Shown here: piece by piece, positions 49,482-63,306 of the stretch
Layout of the letters: every line of letters begins with the position of its first letter
Position numbering within the stretch: position 1 is the stretch's first letter
Assembly: GCA_963767005.1 (NCBI GenBank)
Contig: CAVYCN010000018.1
Coordinates: forward strand, 32,001 to 96,000
Direction of reading: 5' to 3'
Length of the DNA stretch: 64,000 nucleotides
Source: an uncultured Actinomycetes bacterium
Lineage (GTDB): Bacteria > Actinomycetota > Thermoleophilia > UBA2241
Made by a program: the position numbers and the translations under genes
The notes under the pieces: model-generated
What the model was told of the DNA's origin: nothing
Database searches by the model: none
What the model saw: only the letters and a program-made list of their open reading frames with translations

Positions 49482-50645
49482 TCAGACGCCGTAGGCGGCG
49501 CGCACCAGTGCGAGATAGTCCTCGTAGCCGGCGTCGCGCGCATTGTCGGGCGAGCATACATGCTCAGCCGACAGCCGCGCGACCTGCTCGGCCTCGGCGT
49601 CGGACAGCGGCTGCAGCTCGCGCAGCGCCGGGATGCCGATCTCGCGCATGAGGGCCCGCACCCGCTCGACGCCCGCGGCCGCCGCCGCCGCGTCGTCGCG
49701 GCCGCCGACCTCGACGCCGAGCGCCGCCGCGACACGCGCGTGCTTGACGGGATCGGCCGGCGCGTTGAACTCGAGCACGGCCGGCAGGAACACGGCGCAG
49801 GCCAGGCCGTGCGGCGTGTCGAACACGCCGCCCAGGCTCTCGCCCAGGCAGTGCACCGCTCCGACATCGGCGTTGCCGAACGCCATGCCGGCCAGCAGGC
49901 TGCCGAGCAGCATGTCGCTGCGCGCCGCGCGGTCGGTGCCATCGGCGACGGCCCGCGGCAGGGCGCCGCCGACGAGGCCGATCGCGCGCAGTGCGAGGGC
50001 GTCGCTCACCGGGTTGGCGGCCTTGCAGGTGTAGGCCTCGACCGCGTGGATCAGCGCGTCCATGCCGGTCGAGGCGGTGAGCGCGAGCGGCAGCGACGCG
50101 GTGAGCTCGGGGTCGAGCACGGCGACGCGCGGCGCGATGCGCGGGTCGAGGAGCGTCATCTTGTAGTGATGCTCCTCGTCGGTGATCACGGCGACCCAGG
50201 TGACCTCGCTACCGGTACCAGCTGTGGTCGGCACGGCGAGCAGCGGGATGGGCGGCTTCTCGGGCACCTTGGGGTCTTCCCAATCCTTCACGCGGCCGCC
50301 GTTCGTCACCAGGGTGGCGGCCGCCTTGGCGACGTCGATCGCGCTGCCCCCGCCGAGGCCGACGATGGCCCCGGCGCCGGCCGCGAGGGCCGCGTCGGCC
50401 GCCGCCCGGCACTCGGCGTCGCGCGGGTTCGACGAGATCGCCGAGAACACGGTGCACTCGCGACCGGCTGCCTTCACGATGCCGGCGACGCGGTCGGCCA
50501 GGCCCGCCGCGACGAGGCCGGCGTCGGTGATCAGCAGGACGGCACCGTCCGACAGCGCCGCCGCTTCCTGGCCCACCTCGGCGACTCTGCCGGGTCCGAA
50601 CACGATGCGGGTGGCAAGCTGGAAGCCGAAGGCGACATCGTCCAT
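49482..50645 (-). CDS. Iron-containing alcohol dehydrogenase
   Basis: GGGSAIDVAK, PTTAGTGSE, DALIHAVE, HGLACA. Confidence 0.93.
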   Translation of the reverse strand: MDDVAFGFQLATRIVFGPGRVAEVGQEAAALSDGAVLLITDAGLVAAGLADRVAGIVKAAGRECTVFSAISSNPRDAECRAAADAALAAGAGAIVGLGGGSAIDVAKAAATLVTNGGRVKDWEDPKVPEKPPIPLLAVPTTAGTGSEVTWVAVITDEEHHYKMTLLDPRIAPRVAVLDPELTASLPLALTASTGMDALIHAVEAYTCKAANPVSDALALRAIGLVGGALPRAVADGTDRAARSDMLLGSLLAGMAFGNADVGAVHCLGESLGGVFDTPHGLACAVFLPAVLEFNAPADPVKHARVAAALGVEVGGRDDAAAAAAGVERVRALMREIGIPALRELQPLSDAEAEQVARLSAEHVCSPDNARDAGYEDYLALVRAAYGV

Positions 50646-50868
50646 GACTGCTCCTTTGGGCGGACCCAACGTGGCACGGTAGCCGGATGGTATCGCCCGG
50701 GAAACGACGCTTGAACGGCCGGCCAGAAGGCCGTGCGCACGGCCGTGGCCGTCTGCACCCGGGGCCTCGCCGCCGGCGGTGCAACCGCACACCGCAAGGC
50801 TACGCGCGCGGCGCCGATCGACGGTCCGGCTCCGAACGCCCCGGGTGGCACGGGGTCGACCGGCGCCG

Positions 50869-52611
50869 TCAGCCTCGAGGCAGCTCGCGGGCGGCCAGCA
50901 CGTCGGCGGCACGCAGGCCCAGGTAGACCTCGACCAGGCCACCGCTCGCCGCCAGGTCGACGCCGAGGAGCTGCTCGATCCGCGCCAGACGCTTGCGCAG
51001 GGTGTTGCGGTGCACGAAGAGCACCTCGGCGGTCTCGCCGACCTGGCAGCCGTGCGCCAGATAGGCCTCGAGCGTGTCGAGCAGCCCGGTGCCGCGGCGC
51101 GCGTCGGTCGAGCGCAGGCGGTCGGCGACCGCCGCCCGCAGCTGGGTCAGCACCTCGGTCGAGAGCGCGTCGAGAGCCAGGTAGCGCGCCCCGAGCTCCT
51201 CGAACAGCGTGACCGTCGGCGCCGGCCGCGAGCGCGCCGTGGGCGGCGCCTGTCCCGGCCGCGCCCCGCCGGTCGACCGGTCGAGAGCCGCCGAAGCGCC
51301 GACGCCGTCGCCCGCGTCGCGGCCGTGGTACAGTGCGAGGCGCGCCTGGCCGGCGGCGCGCCGCACCTGCTCGACGCCGGTCGCCGCCGCCGACACGCCG
51401 ACCGGCAGCGAGCCGAGGTCGGTGCGTACGCCCACCGTCTCGGCGACCTCGCCGAAGAACCGCGCCGCCGCCTCGCCGCCCGCACCGGCGACCGCCGCCG
51501 GGCAGAACGCGAACACCTCGGCGCCGAGGCGGTGCGACAGGAACGGCACGTCGCGCTCCTCGAGCAGGCCGTCGAGGGCCGCGTGCGCCGCGGCCGCCGG
51601 TGCGACGCCGACGCCGAGCACCGCCACCCGCCAGGGCTCGCCGGGCTCGATGCCCTGGTTGACGAGGCGCTCGGCGAGCTCACCCGGGCCGCCGCGCTCG
51701 TGCAGCAGCAGCTCGAGCAGGCCCGAGCGGGCGCGCCGCCGCGAGTCGGCCGTGACGTGGATCGTGCCGAGGCTCACCTCGAGCAGCCGCTGCGCGAACG
51801 ACAGCGAGGCGTCGGCGAGCTCCGAGATCAGCCGGCCCGCAGGGTGGACGACGAGCAGCAGCCGCTCGAGGCGGCCACCGACCCGCACCTCGCGAAAGCC
51901 GACCCAGCGGTCGTCGAGCTCGAACACCGAGCGCGGCGCGCCCTGCCGGGTGAGGCGGTCGTACTCGCGCCAGGCACGCGCGACGAGCTCGCGCTCGTCG
52001 GCCGCCGGATTCGGCCCCGACGAGCTCGCCAGCACGCGCCCGGCGCGGTCGAACACGACCGCCTGGGCGCCGAGCAGCTCGCCCAGGCGCCCGACCAGGG
52101 CCTCGACGCTGTGCTCGTCGAGCAGCGCGTCGACGAGGCACTGCTGCATGGCGACGCTGCGCCGCAGGCGGTGCATGTCGCGCGAGGCGAGGGCGTTGAA
52201 GACGTAGCTCGTGATCAGCCGGAAGGGCGTCTCCTCGGGCACGCGCAGGATCGGCAGGCCCTCGTCGTCGCCGGCCCGCAGCATGGCGTCCGGGATCACG
52301 CGCACGTTGGGCTGGATGGCCACGCCCACGCCCGCCATGCCGCTGCGCTTGAGCAGGCGCACGAGCCGCACGCCCGACTCGGGGTCGGCTTCGAGACGCG
52401 GTCCCGTAGTGAGCACGACGCTGCCCTGTACCATCCAGGGCGTCGGGTCGTCGAGGTCGCCGATGTACACGGCCTCGACGACCTTGGACAGGCCGGCGCG
52501 GCCGGCCACCACCTGCAGGTGCAGGTCGGGGGCCTTGACGAGCTCGGCGACCGTGAGGCCGCCCGGCGGCAGGCCGCCGTCGTCGACGGGGTTGAGGCGC
52601 TGCGGCTGCAC
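50869..52611 (-). CDS. PucR family transcriptional regulator
   Basis: N-terminal PucR domain (DDPTPWM...LTTG); C-terminal [15 protein letters not shown]. Confidence 0.92.
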   Translation of the reverse strand: MQPQRLNPVDDGGLPPGGLTVAELVKAPDLHLQVVAGRAGLSKVVEAVYIGDLDDPTPWMVQGSVVLTTGPRLEADPESGVRLVRLLKRSGMAGVGVAIQPNVRVIPDAMLRAGDDEGLPILRVPEETPFRLITSYVFNALASRDMHRLRRSVAMQQCLVDALLDEHSVEALVGRLGELLGAQAVVFDRAGRVLASSSGPNPAADERELVARAWREYDRLTRQGAPRSVFELDDRWVGFREVRVGGRLERLLLVVHPAGRLISELADASLSFAQRLLEVSLGTIHVTADSRRRARSGLLELLLHERGGPGELAERLVNQGIEPGEPWRVAVLGVGVAPAAAAHAALDGLLEERDVPFLSHRLGAEVFAFCPAAVAGAGGEAAARFFGEVAETVGVRTDLGSLPVGVSAAATGVEQVRRAAGQARLALYHGRDAGDGVGASAALDRSTGGARPGQAPPTARSRPAPTVTLFEELGARYLALDALSTEVLTQLRAAVADRLRSTDARRGTGLLDTLEAYLAHGCQVGETAEVLFVHRNTLRKRLARIEQLLGVDLAASGGLVEVYLGLRAADVLAARELPRG

Positions 52612-52736
52612 GACGGTCAGCCTATACCGTCGCGCGGAGCGACGTCTCGCCGGCCGTGGCCGGCGCGGGCTTCTGGGGGGCAGAGAGCCCGCGCCGGCCG
52701 GACGCCGCGGCCGGCGTCAGCAGACCCGGCCGCGGC

Positions 52737-53672
52737 TCACCGCAAAAAGAGCGCGGCGACGGCCTTCTCGGTGTGCATGCGGTTCTCACCCTGGTCCCAG
52801 AAGGCGCAGTAGGGGCTCTCGATGACCTCGTCGACCATGTCCTCGCCGCGGTAGCCCGGCAGGCAGTGCATGTAGATCACGTCAGGCTTGGCCATCTCGA
52901 TCACGCGCATGTTGACCTGGTAGGGGGCGAAGTCCTTGAGGCGCTGCTCGCGGTTCTCGGTGGCCATCGAGTGCCAGGTGTTGCCGTAGATCACGTCGGC
53001 CTGGCCGGCGACCTCTTCGAGGTCGGGCGTATAGACGATCTTCGACCCCGAGAGGGCGGCCCACTTCTGGGCGATCGCGAGCTGCTCGGCGTTGGGCTGA
53101 TAGCTCTCGTTGGGCTGGGCGGCGTAGAAGTCCATGCCGAGCATGGCGGAGCCCATCATGAGCGAGTGGCAGACGTTCCAGATGTCGCCCAGGTAGGCGA
53201 CCTTGAGGCCCTTGTAGTGGCCCTTCTTCTCTTTGATCGTCATCAGGTCGCAGAGGCCTTGGCAGGGGTGGGTCTCGTTGGTCAGCGCGTTGATCACCGG
53301 GTTGAGCATGTAGCGGGCGAACTCCTCGACGACCTCCTGGCCGAAGGTGCGGATGAAGAGGCCCTCGCAGTAGCGGTCGATGATGCGCGCCGTGTCTGAG
53401 ATCGGCTCGCCGCGGCTGGTCTGCATCTGGTCGGGGCTCATGTAGAAGGTCTGGCCGCCGAGCTGGGCGATGCCCGCCTGAAAGCTCAGGCGGGTGCGCG
53501 TCGATGCCTTCTCGAAGATCAGGGCGACGGTCTTGCCGCGCAGCGGCTCGAAGAGCTCGCCGATCAGGCGCTTGCGCTTGAGCTCGATCGCCGTGTCGAC
53601 GATGAAGCGCACCTCGTCGGGGGTGAAGTCGGCGAGCTTCAGGAAGTCTCTGCCCTGGAAGTGGTGCTGCAT
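52737..53672 (-). CDS. Ornithine carbamoyltransferase-family transcarbamylase (substrate uncertain)
   Basis: ASTRT, HPCQ and HCLP motifs; substrate loop reads NTWHSMA rather than DxxxSMG. Confidence 0.88.
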   Translation of the reverse strand: MQHHFQGRDFLKLADFTPDEVRFIVDTAIELKRKRLIGELFEPLRGKTVALIFEKASTRTRLSFQAGIAQLGGQTFYMSPDQMQTSRGEPISDTARIIDRYCEGLFIRTFGQEVVEEFARYMLNPVINALTNETHPCQGLCDLMTIKEKKGHYKGLKVAYLGDIWNVCHSLMMGSAMLGMDFYAAQPNESYQPNAEQLAIAQKWAALSGSKIVYTPDLEEVAGQADVIYGNTWHSMATENREQRLKDFAPYQVNMRVIEMAKPDVIYMHCLPGYRGEDMVDEVIESPYCAFWDQGENRMHTEKAVAALFLR

Positions 53673-53687
53673 GGTAGGGGGCTCCTC

Positions 53688-54332
53688 TCAGTCCGTCCAG
53701 CCGTAGGCTCTGATCGGCGAGCCGTCGCCGCCGGCCAGGCGCAGCGGCACGAAGGCGCAGTGTGCGGCCCGGCCGGCGGCCAGGCCCGCCAGCTCGGTCA
53801 GATTGGTCAGGTTCTCGACGATCAGCACGTCGGCGCCCAGCAGGATCTCGTGGGCATGGGTCGTGTCCTGCAGCGAGCTGTCGACGTTGAAGGCGTCGGT
53901 GCCGACCAGGCCTACGCCGGCGGCCACGACGGCCCGGCAGGCCCCGGCGCCGAGCCAGGGGTGCTCGAACATGCCGGCGCCGCCCCAGTGACGATCCCAG
54001 CCGGTGGCCAGTAGCAGGGCGCCGCCGGCCGGCAGCCGCGCGAGCGCGGCGGCGAGCGCAGGCTCGCCGATCTCGTCGTCGGCGCCCGCCGTCACGCTCG
54101 CCACCACGGCCGGCAGCACGAAGCGCTCGAGCGGGTACTCGTCGATCGCGGAGCCGCCGCGCACGTAGTGGCCGGCGGCGTCGATGTGGGTGCCGCTGTG
54201 GCTGCCGAGCGCCAGGCGCGAGACACGCCAGGGCTCGCCGACGGCGGCGTCGACGAGCTCGACGACCGGATCGCCGGGGTAGATCGGCATCCCGGTCGCG
54301 AGCTCGTGACTCAGATCGACGAAGTGCGTCAC
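53688..54332 (-). CDS. Cyclase family (kynurenine formamidase-like) metal hydrolase
   Basis: DLSH...PIYPGDP, HSGTHIDA, VENL, DGSPIRA; GTGA overlap with the permease gene. Confidence 0.9.
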   Translation of the reverse strand: MTHFVDLSHELATGMPIYPGDPVVELVDAAVGEPWRVSRLALGSHSGTHIDAAGHYVRGGSAIDEYPLERFVLPAVVASVTAGADDEIGEPALAAALARLPAGGALLLATGWDRHWGGAGMFEHPWLGAGACRAVVAAGVGLVGTDAFNVDSSLQDTTHAHEILLGADVLIVENLTNLTELAGLAAGRAAHCAFVPLRLAGGDGSPIRAYGWTD

Positions 54333-55804
54333 GCGTTTGCTCCGGCGCGGTGCAGCTCCCTGTCGCTGGCCTCGATCGCGGCGTACTCGCTCGCCGGGTC
54401 GAAGTTGCGGGTCAGCAGGAAGTAGGCGGCGGCGGTGACGACCACGCCGACCATCCAGGCGATGTCGACGCTGTTCAGGTAGTGACCGGCGATCGGCCCC
54501 GTGAAGTAGCTCTTCAGACTGACCAGGTTGAGCAGCACCATGAAGGGGACCTCGGCCGCGAAGCCGATCGCATAGGCCAGCATGCCGCGCGGCGACCAGA
54601 CACCGTAGATGCCGTGCGGCTTGAAGATGTCGACGATCGAGTAATGGCCGCGACGCACGAAGAAGAAGTCGATCAGGTTGGTCGTGGTCCACGGCACGAG
54701 CAGGTAGAGCATGAGGGTCAGGGCGGTGTCGACGACGCCCACGGCGCTCGTCGAGATCGCCTTCGCGATCACGAACCAGATCACCGTCAGCACGAGGATC
54801 GTGACGATCCGCGCGCGCTTGGTGGGTGTCACCTTGCGGAACGAGTCGACGCCGGCCAGCGTGGTGAGCATGCCGCCGTAGGCGTTCATGCCCATCGTCG
54901 CGGCGAGCGCGCTGGCCGACACGAACGCGGTGAGGCCGCCGAGGTGGCCGATCACATGGTTGCCGGCACTCTGCAGGCCGACGAGGCCGTCGGTCGCGCC
55001 CAGACGGACGGCGAGCCAGGCGCCCAGGGCGATCAGCCAGACCGATGGGATCGCCGCGCCGCTGAACACCCAGGCGATGGTCGAGCCCTTGGCGGTGCGG
55101 CGCGGCAGGTAGCGCGAGTAGTCGGACACATAGCCGGCGTAGGTCAGGTTGTAGGCGGCCGCCGCCGAGAGCTGCGCCATAAAGCCGGTCCAGTTGAAGC
55201 CGTAGGCCGTGTGGCTGGCGACGTGGCCGGCGTGACCGGTGAGGATGCCGATCGAGATGATGCCGACGAGCGGCAGCGAGATGTAGAGCAGCCAGCGGAA
55301 CATGCGGTGCAGCCAGTCGTAGCCGTAGATGGCCAGCAGCGCGGCGCCGGCCGTCGCAACGACGGCGATGACGTTCGCGTTCCAGCCGAAGGTGCCGTGC
55401 AGACCCTGAGCGAGCAGCACCTGGTCGGCCACGTTGAAGGCCATGTACGTGAAGAGCATGGCAAAGAGCGGCACGACCACGCCGCGAAAGCCGAACTGGG
55501 CGCGCGACTGGATCATCTGCGGCAGCCCGAGCACCGGCCCCTGGGTCGCGTGGAAGGCCATGAAGACCGTGCCGGCGACGATGCCGAGCAGGCCGGCCAG
55601 GATGGTCCAGTACAGCGACAGGCCGAAGGCCGGACCGATGAAGCCGATGGGGATCGTGAAGTACTGGAAGTTCCCCAGGAACCACAGCGGCCCCTGATGC
55701 CACACCTTGCCGTGTCGCTCGGAGTCGGGGATCCAGTCGATGGAGCGCACCTCGATCCCGCTGATGCCGCTCGGGGTGCGCGTCGGTGACTCAACCGTGG
55801 CCAT
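54329..55804 (-). CDS. Purine-cytosine (NCS1) permease family transporter
   Basis: EVRSIDWIP..ERHG, GLPQMIQSRAQFG, YVSDYSRYLP; many TM segments. Confidence 0.92.
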   Translation of the reverse strand: MATVESPTRTPSGISGIEVRSIDWIPDSERHGKVWHQGPLWFLGNFQYFTIPIGFIGPAFGLSLYWTILAGLLGIVAGTVFMAFHATQGPVLGLPQMIQSRAQFGFRGVVVPLFAMLFTYMAFNVADQVLLAQGLHGTFGWNANVIAVVATAGAALLAIYGYDWLHRMFRWLLYISLPLVGIISIGILTGHAGHVASHTAYGFNWTGFMAQLSAAAAYNLTYAGYVSDYSRYLPRRTAKGSTIAWVFSGAAIPSVWLIALGAWLAVRLGATDGLVGLQSAGNHVIGHLGGLTAFVSASALAATMGMNAYGGMLTTLAGVDSFRKVTPTKRARIVTILVLTVIWFVIAKAISTSAVGVVDTALTLMLYLLVPWTTTNLIDFFFVRRGHYSIVDIFKPHGIYGVWSPRGMLAYAIGFAAEVPFMVLLNLVSLKSYFTGPIAGHYLNSVDIAWMVGVVVTAAAYFLLTRNFDPASEYAAIEASDRELHRAGANA

Positions 55805-55927
55805 GGCAAGCTCTCCTCTCGCCTGACGTCGTTGGGGCTGGCCGGTGGGCTGCTGCTGATCGTGCACGATCCACGGCGACCGCCACAGGCGTCGCCGGAC
55901 AGAGGGACAAAAGCAGGCGCGGACGGC

Positions 55928-56827
55928 TCACGACCGTCCCGCCTGACGGGGCGCGCCGGCGCGGGCGGCGGCCGGCATGCCGGCCGCCGCCCGCGCCGGC
56001 GCGCTCACCGCGGCGTAGAGCTCGGGGCGCCGGTCGCGCAGCTGCGAGCCGTAGCCCGCGCGCGCCTGCCGGGTGTGTTCCAGGTCGACGGCGCCGGCGA
56101 GCAGAGCGTCCTCGCCGTCGTCGAGCGCGGCGACCTGGTGCCCGAAGCAATCGACGATGCGCGAGTGGCCCGAGAACGACGCCGGCCCGTCGGGTCCGGT
56201 GCGGTTGACCGCGACGTGCGGCACGACGTTGTCGTAGGCGCGGGCCGCGACCGCGAGCTCCCAGTCGGCGACGTAGGGGTCCTCCCAGGCGCCGATCGTG
56301 ACGAGCAGCTCGGCGCCGGCCAGCGCGTGCGTGCGGGCGACCTCGGGAAAGGCCGCGTCCCAGCAGATCATGAGACCGAGCTCGCCGAGCGATGTGGCGA
56401 CGATCGGCAGCTCGTCGCCGTCGGCGAAGTGGCGGAGCTCGGTCTTGAGGCAGTGCGTCTTGCGGTACGAGACCACGGGGCGGCCGTTGCGCTCGAAGAC
56501 GGCGGCCGCGTCGTAGATCAGGCCGGGCGCGCCGCCCGCCTCGGCGTAGCCCGCGATCAGCACCACGTCGAGCTCGGCGGCGAGGGCGGCAAGGGCCCGC
56601 AGGCTGGCGCCGTCGGGCCAGGGTTCGGCCAGCGCGGCGAACCGCTCGCCGGCCGAGTAGCCGGTGACGGCGAGCTCGGGCGCGACCAGCAGCGCGAGCT
56701 CGGGTTGCGCCGCCTTGAGCTCGCGCCCGAGCGCGGCCATACGGGCCACGTTGGCCGCAGGGTCGCCGGTCGTAGGCCGCAGCTGGATGCCGCCGGCGAC
56801 GATCACGGACGCACGCGGGCGGGCCAT
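55928..56827 (-). CDS. Carbon-nitrogen hydrolase (nitrilase superfamily amidase)
   Basis: E-K-C triad: APELAVTGY, YRKTH, ICWDAAFPE. Confidence 0.92.
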   Translation of the reverse strand: MARPRASVIVAGGIQLRPTTGDPAANVARMAALGRELKAAQPELALLVAPELAVTGYSAGERFAALAEPWPDGASLRALAALAAELDVVLIAGYAEAGGAPGLIYDAAAVFERNGRPVVSYRKTHCLKTELRHFADGDELPIVATSLGELGLMICWDAAFPEVARTHALAGAELLVTIGAWEDPYVADWELAVAARAYDNVVPHVAVNRTGPDGPASFSGHSRIVDCFGHQVAALDDGEDALLAGAVDLEHTRQARAGYGSQLRDRRPELYAAVSAPARAAAGMPAAARAGAPRQAGRS

Positions 56828-56837
56828 CGGGCTCCTC

Positions 56838-57695
56838 TCAGACGTCCCGCAGGAGCGGGAACGTCATGCAGTGCGGTCCGCCGCCGCCCTTCAAGATCTC
56901 GCTGATCTCGGGGGCGATGACCTCGAGGCCGAGGGCGCGCAGCTTCGCGTTGACGTCGCGATTGCCGGCGAAGGTCAGCACGCGGCCGTCGCCGAGCGCC
57001 TGGATGTTGCAGTGGTGGGCGAGCACGCCGGCGCTGCTCACCTCGATCAGCTCGAAGCGGCGCTTGGCCAGGGCGCGCAGGAAGAACTCGGGCATCTGCT
57101 CGACGGCGCACACAGCGACGCCCGGCGCCACGATGTTGAAGGCCATGTCGAGGTGCAGGTTGCGCGAGGGAAGCTGCACGCCGCGCACGGTGTAGCCGAG
57201 CGGCTCGAGGATCTCCTGGGCGTTGCGCAGCCCCTCCCAGTCGGTGCGCGCCACCACGCCGTGGGCCACCGTGGCCTCGTCTATGAGCCAGAAATCGCCG
57301 CCCTCCAAGGAGCCGCGGCAGACCTTGCCGATGATGGGCACGCCGAGCTCTCGCAGCCTGGCCTCGTAGAGCAGCTCCTCGCCCTGGCGCACCGGCTCGC
57401 GGAAGCTGCCGATCAGCGCACCCTCGGCCAGACAGGCGCCGAAGTCGCGCGCGTAGACCATGTAGGGCAGCTCGGGATCGGGCTCAATGAGCTCGACCGC
57501 GACGCCGGCCTCGCGGTAGGCCGCCACGAGCTCTGAGTGCTCGCGGGAAAAGGCCGCAAGGTCGGGCTGCTCGCCGCGGGCCAGCACGCCGCGGGTGATC
57601 TCGTTGATGGGCTGGAAGCTGAAGTGGTCGGGGGGGCACAGCAGGACCTTGCGGAGCCTGCCCGTCGCGTTCGACACAAACAGCTGCTCGGTCAT
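56838..57695 (-). CDS. Amidinotransferase / DDAH / arginine deiminase superfamily (pentein) enzyme
   Basis: YARD, LEGGD, LHLD, GGGGPHCMT motifs. Confidence 0.9.
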   Translation of the reverse strand: MTEQLFVSNATGRLRKVLLCPPDHFSFQPINEITRGVLARGEQPDLAAFSREHSELVAAYREAGVAVELIEPDPELPYMVYARDFGACLAEGALIGSFREPVRQGEELLYEARLRELGVPIIGKVCRGSLEGGDFWLIDEATVAHGVVARTDWEGLRNAQEILEPLGYTVRGVQLPSRNLHLDMAFNIVAPGVAVCAVEQMPEFFLRALAKRRFELIEVSSAGVLAHHCNIQALGDGRVLTFAGNRDVNAKLRALGLEVIAPEISEILKGGGGPHCMTFPLLRDV

Positions 57696-57842
57696 CTGGG
57701 GCAACTCCTCTCCACCTGACGCTGTCGCGAGCGGAACGTATCCGGCGCGGACGAGAGCGACAAGTGGACCTCTGCACCCGAAATGATGGATGGAAGGTGC
57801 CCTTGTACACCTGGTTTGATGCCGACGGCTGGCGGTGGTCGA

Positions 57843-58493
57843 ATGGGACCCGTGCAACGTCCCGTCATCATGTTCGACAACGACGGCGTGCTGGTCGATT
57901 CGTTCGACGCCTTCCTCGCGGCGTTCGGCGCGGCCTGCCGCCGCCACGGCCACCCCGAGGTCGGCACCCGCGAGCGGTTCCTGGGCCTGTTCGAGGGCAA
58001 CTTCTACGACGCCATGGCGGCGCGCGGCGTAGCCGGCGACGCGCTGCGCGCGATCGTCGCCGACACGACGGCCGCGCTCGACGCCTCACCGGAGCTGCAG
58101 CATCCCTTCCCCGGCGTGCCGGAGCTGCTGGGCGGCCTCGCCGCCCGCTTCGACGTTGTGGTGATCACCTCGAACGCGGCCGCCGTGGTGCGCGACTTCC
58201 TGGAGCGCGAGGGGCTCGCCGGCCTCGTGACCGACGTGCTCGGCGTCGAGACCGATCCGAGCAAGGTGCGCAAGATCGCCACGGTCACCGCGCGCTACCC
58301 CGGCCAGGCGCCGTACTACTACGTGGGCGACACGAGCGGCGACATGATCGAAGGCGCCGCGGCCGGAGTGACCCCGCTCGGCGCCGGCTGGGGCTGGCAC
58401 GGGCCGGCGGCGCTCGCGACGGCCGGCGCAGCCTACGTCGCGTCCACGCCGGCCGACCTGCTCGCGTTCGTGACGGACGGCGCCGGCTCGTAG
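57843..58493 (+). CDS. HAD family hydrolase (phosphoglycolate phosphatase-like)
   Basis: FDNDGVLVDS, ITSN, YVGDTSGD, WGW. Confidence 0.88.
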   Translation: MGPVQRPVIMFDNDGVLVDSFDAFLAAFGAACRRHGHPEVGTRERFLGLFEGNFYDAMAARGVAGDALRAIVADTTAALDASPELQHPFPGVPELLGGLAARFDVVVITSNAAAVVRDFLEREGLAGLVTDVLGVETDPSKVRKIATVTARYPGQAPYYYVGDTSGDMIEGAAAGVTPLGAGWGWHGPAALATAGAAYVASTPADLLAFVTDGAGS

Positions 58494-58508
58494 CGCGGCG
58501 CCGCCGCC

Positions 58509-59228
58509 TCAGAACGAGGCGACGAAGTTCTCGACGAGCCGCCGGCAGAGCTCCCGCGAGCCCTCTACGATCGTCGGCACGCTCTCGACGAGCCCCGCGT
58601 AGAGGGCGGGGTCGCGGCGCGCCACTCCCTTGTTGTCGCGCCGCAGCCAGAACCGCAGGATGCTCTCGTCGACCTCGACGTGGAACTGCAGCCCCCAGGC
58701 GCGACGGCCCACCCGGAACGCCTGCACGCCGGGATCGCCGGCGCGCCGGGCGAGCACCTCGGCGTCGGTCGGCACGGTGAACGACTGGGCGTGCCACTCG
58801 AGGGCGTGGAACGGTGAGGCGAGGCCCCGCAGCAGACCATCGCCGCGCACCACCTCGACCGGCAGCCAACCGACCTCGGGCTCGCCGCGCGCATACACGC
58901 GCCCACCGATCGCGGCGGCGAGCTGCTGCCCGCCCAGGCAGATGCCCAGGAGCGGCATGCCGAGCTCGACGGCCGCGGCAAGCAGACGCCGTTCAGGGTC
59001 GATGAACGGGAACTCGGCCGCCTGGTCGGTGTTCATCGAGCCGCCGAGCACCACGAGCCCGCCCATCCGTCCGAGCTCCTCGACGCGCGGCACCGTGGCC
59101 CCGGCGTGGAGCTGGCGTACGTCGACCGTCAGGCCGGCGTTGACGAGCGCCTCGTAGAGCGTGCCCGCGTGACCGGCAGCCTCGTGCTGCAGGACCACGA
59201 CCGGCTCGTCGGTGGGCGGATGGATCAT
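58509..59228 (-). CDS. Type 1 glutamine amidotransferase (GuaA-like, stand-alone)
   Basis: VLGG, LGICLGGQ, WH, GLQFHVE triad. Confidence 0.9.
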   Translation of the reverse strand: MIHPPTDEPVVVLQHEAAGHAGTLYEALVNAGLTVDVRQLHAGATVPRVEELGRMGGLVVLGGSMNTDQAAEFPFIDPERRLLAAAVELGMPLLGICLGGQQLAAAIGGRVYARGEPEVGWLPVEVVRGDGLLRGLASPFHALEWHAQSFTVPTDAEVLARRAGDPGVQAFRVGRRAWGLQFHVEVDESILRFWLRRDNKGVARRDPALYAGLVESVPTIVEGSRELCRRLVENFVASF

Positions 59229-59408
59229 GGTCGAAAGCGTACCCTGCCGGGCCCTACGCACGAAACATAAGTTGTGACGGGCGTTTGCCGATACACCACC
59301 CTGCCGGGAGAGAGACGCTCGGCGTCCGCGCGCCGTGGCCCGAGAGGGCTCCTCCGGCGACGGCGGGCGCCCGGTGCTCTCCGGGGTTGGCGGAGAAAAG
59401 GGTCACGT

Positions 59409-63203
<3,795 letters not shown>

Positions 63204-63306
63204 AGCCTCGGCGGGCCGCCGCCTCCGGGTCCCGGCAACGGCGGGCCGACGGCGCCGCAGCGGGCACACTAGCGCCACGGCCACCACGTCCACGAGGGCA
63301 GGGCAG

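Noticed and set aside
57696-57842. Guanidine riboswitch upstream of the amidinotransferase operon
   Set aside because: No recognisable ykkC, mini-ykkC or ykkC-III motif by eye; an Rfam covariance search would be decisive
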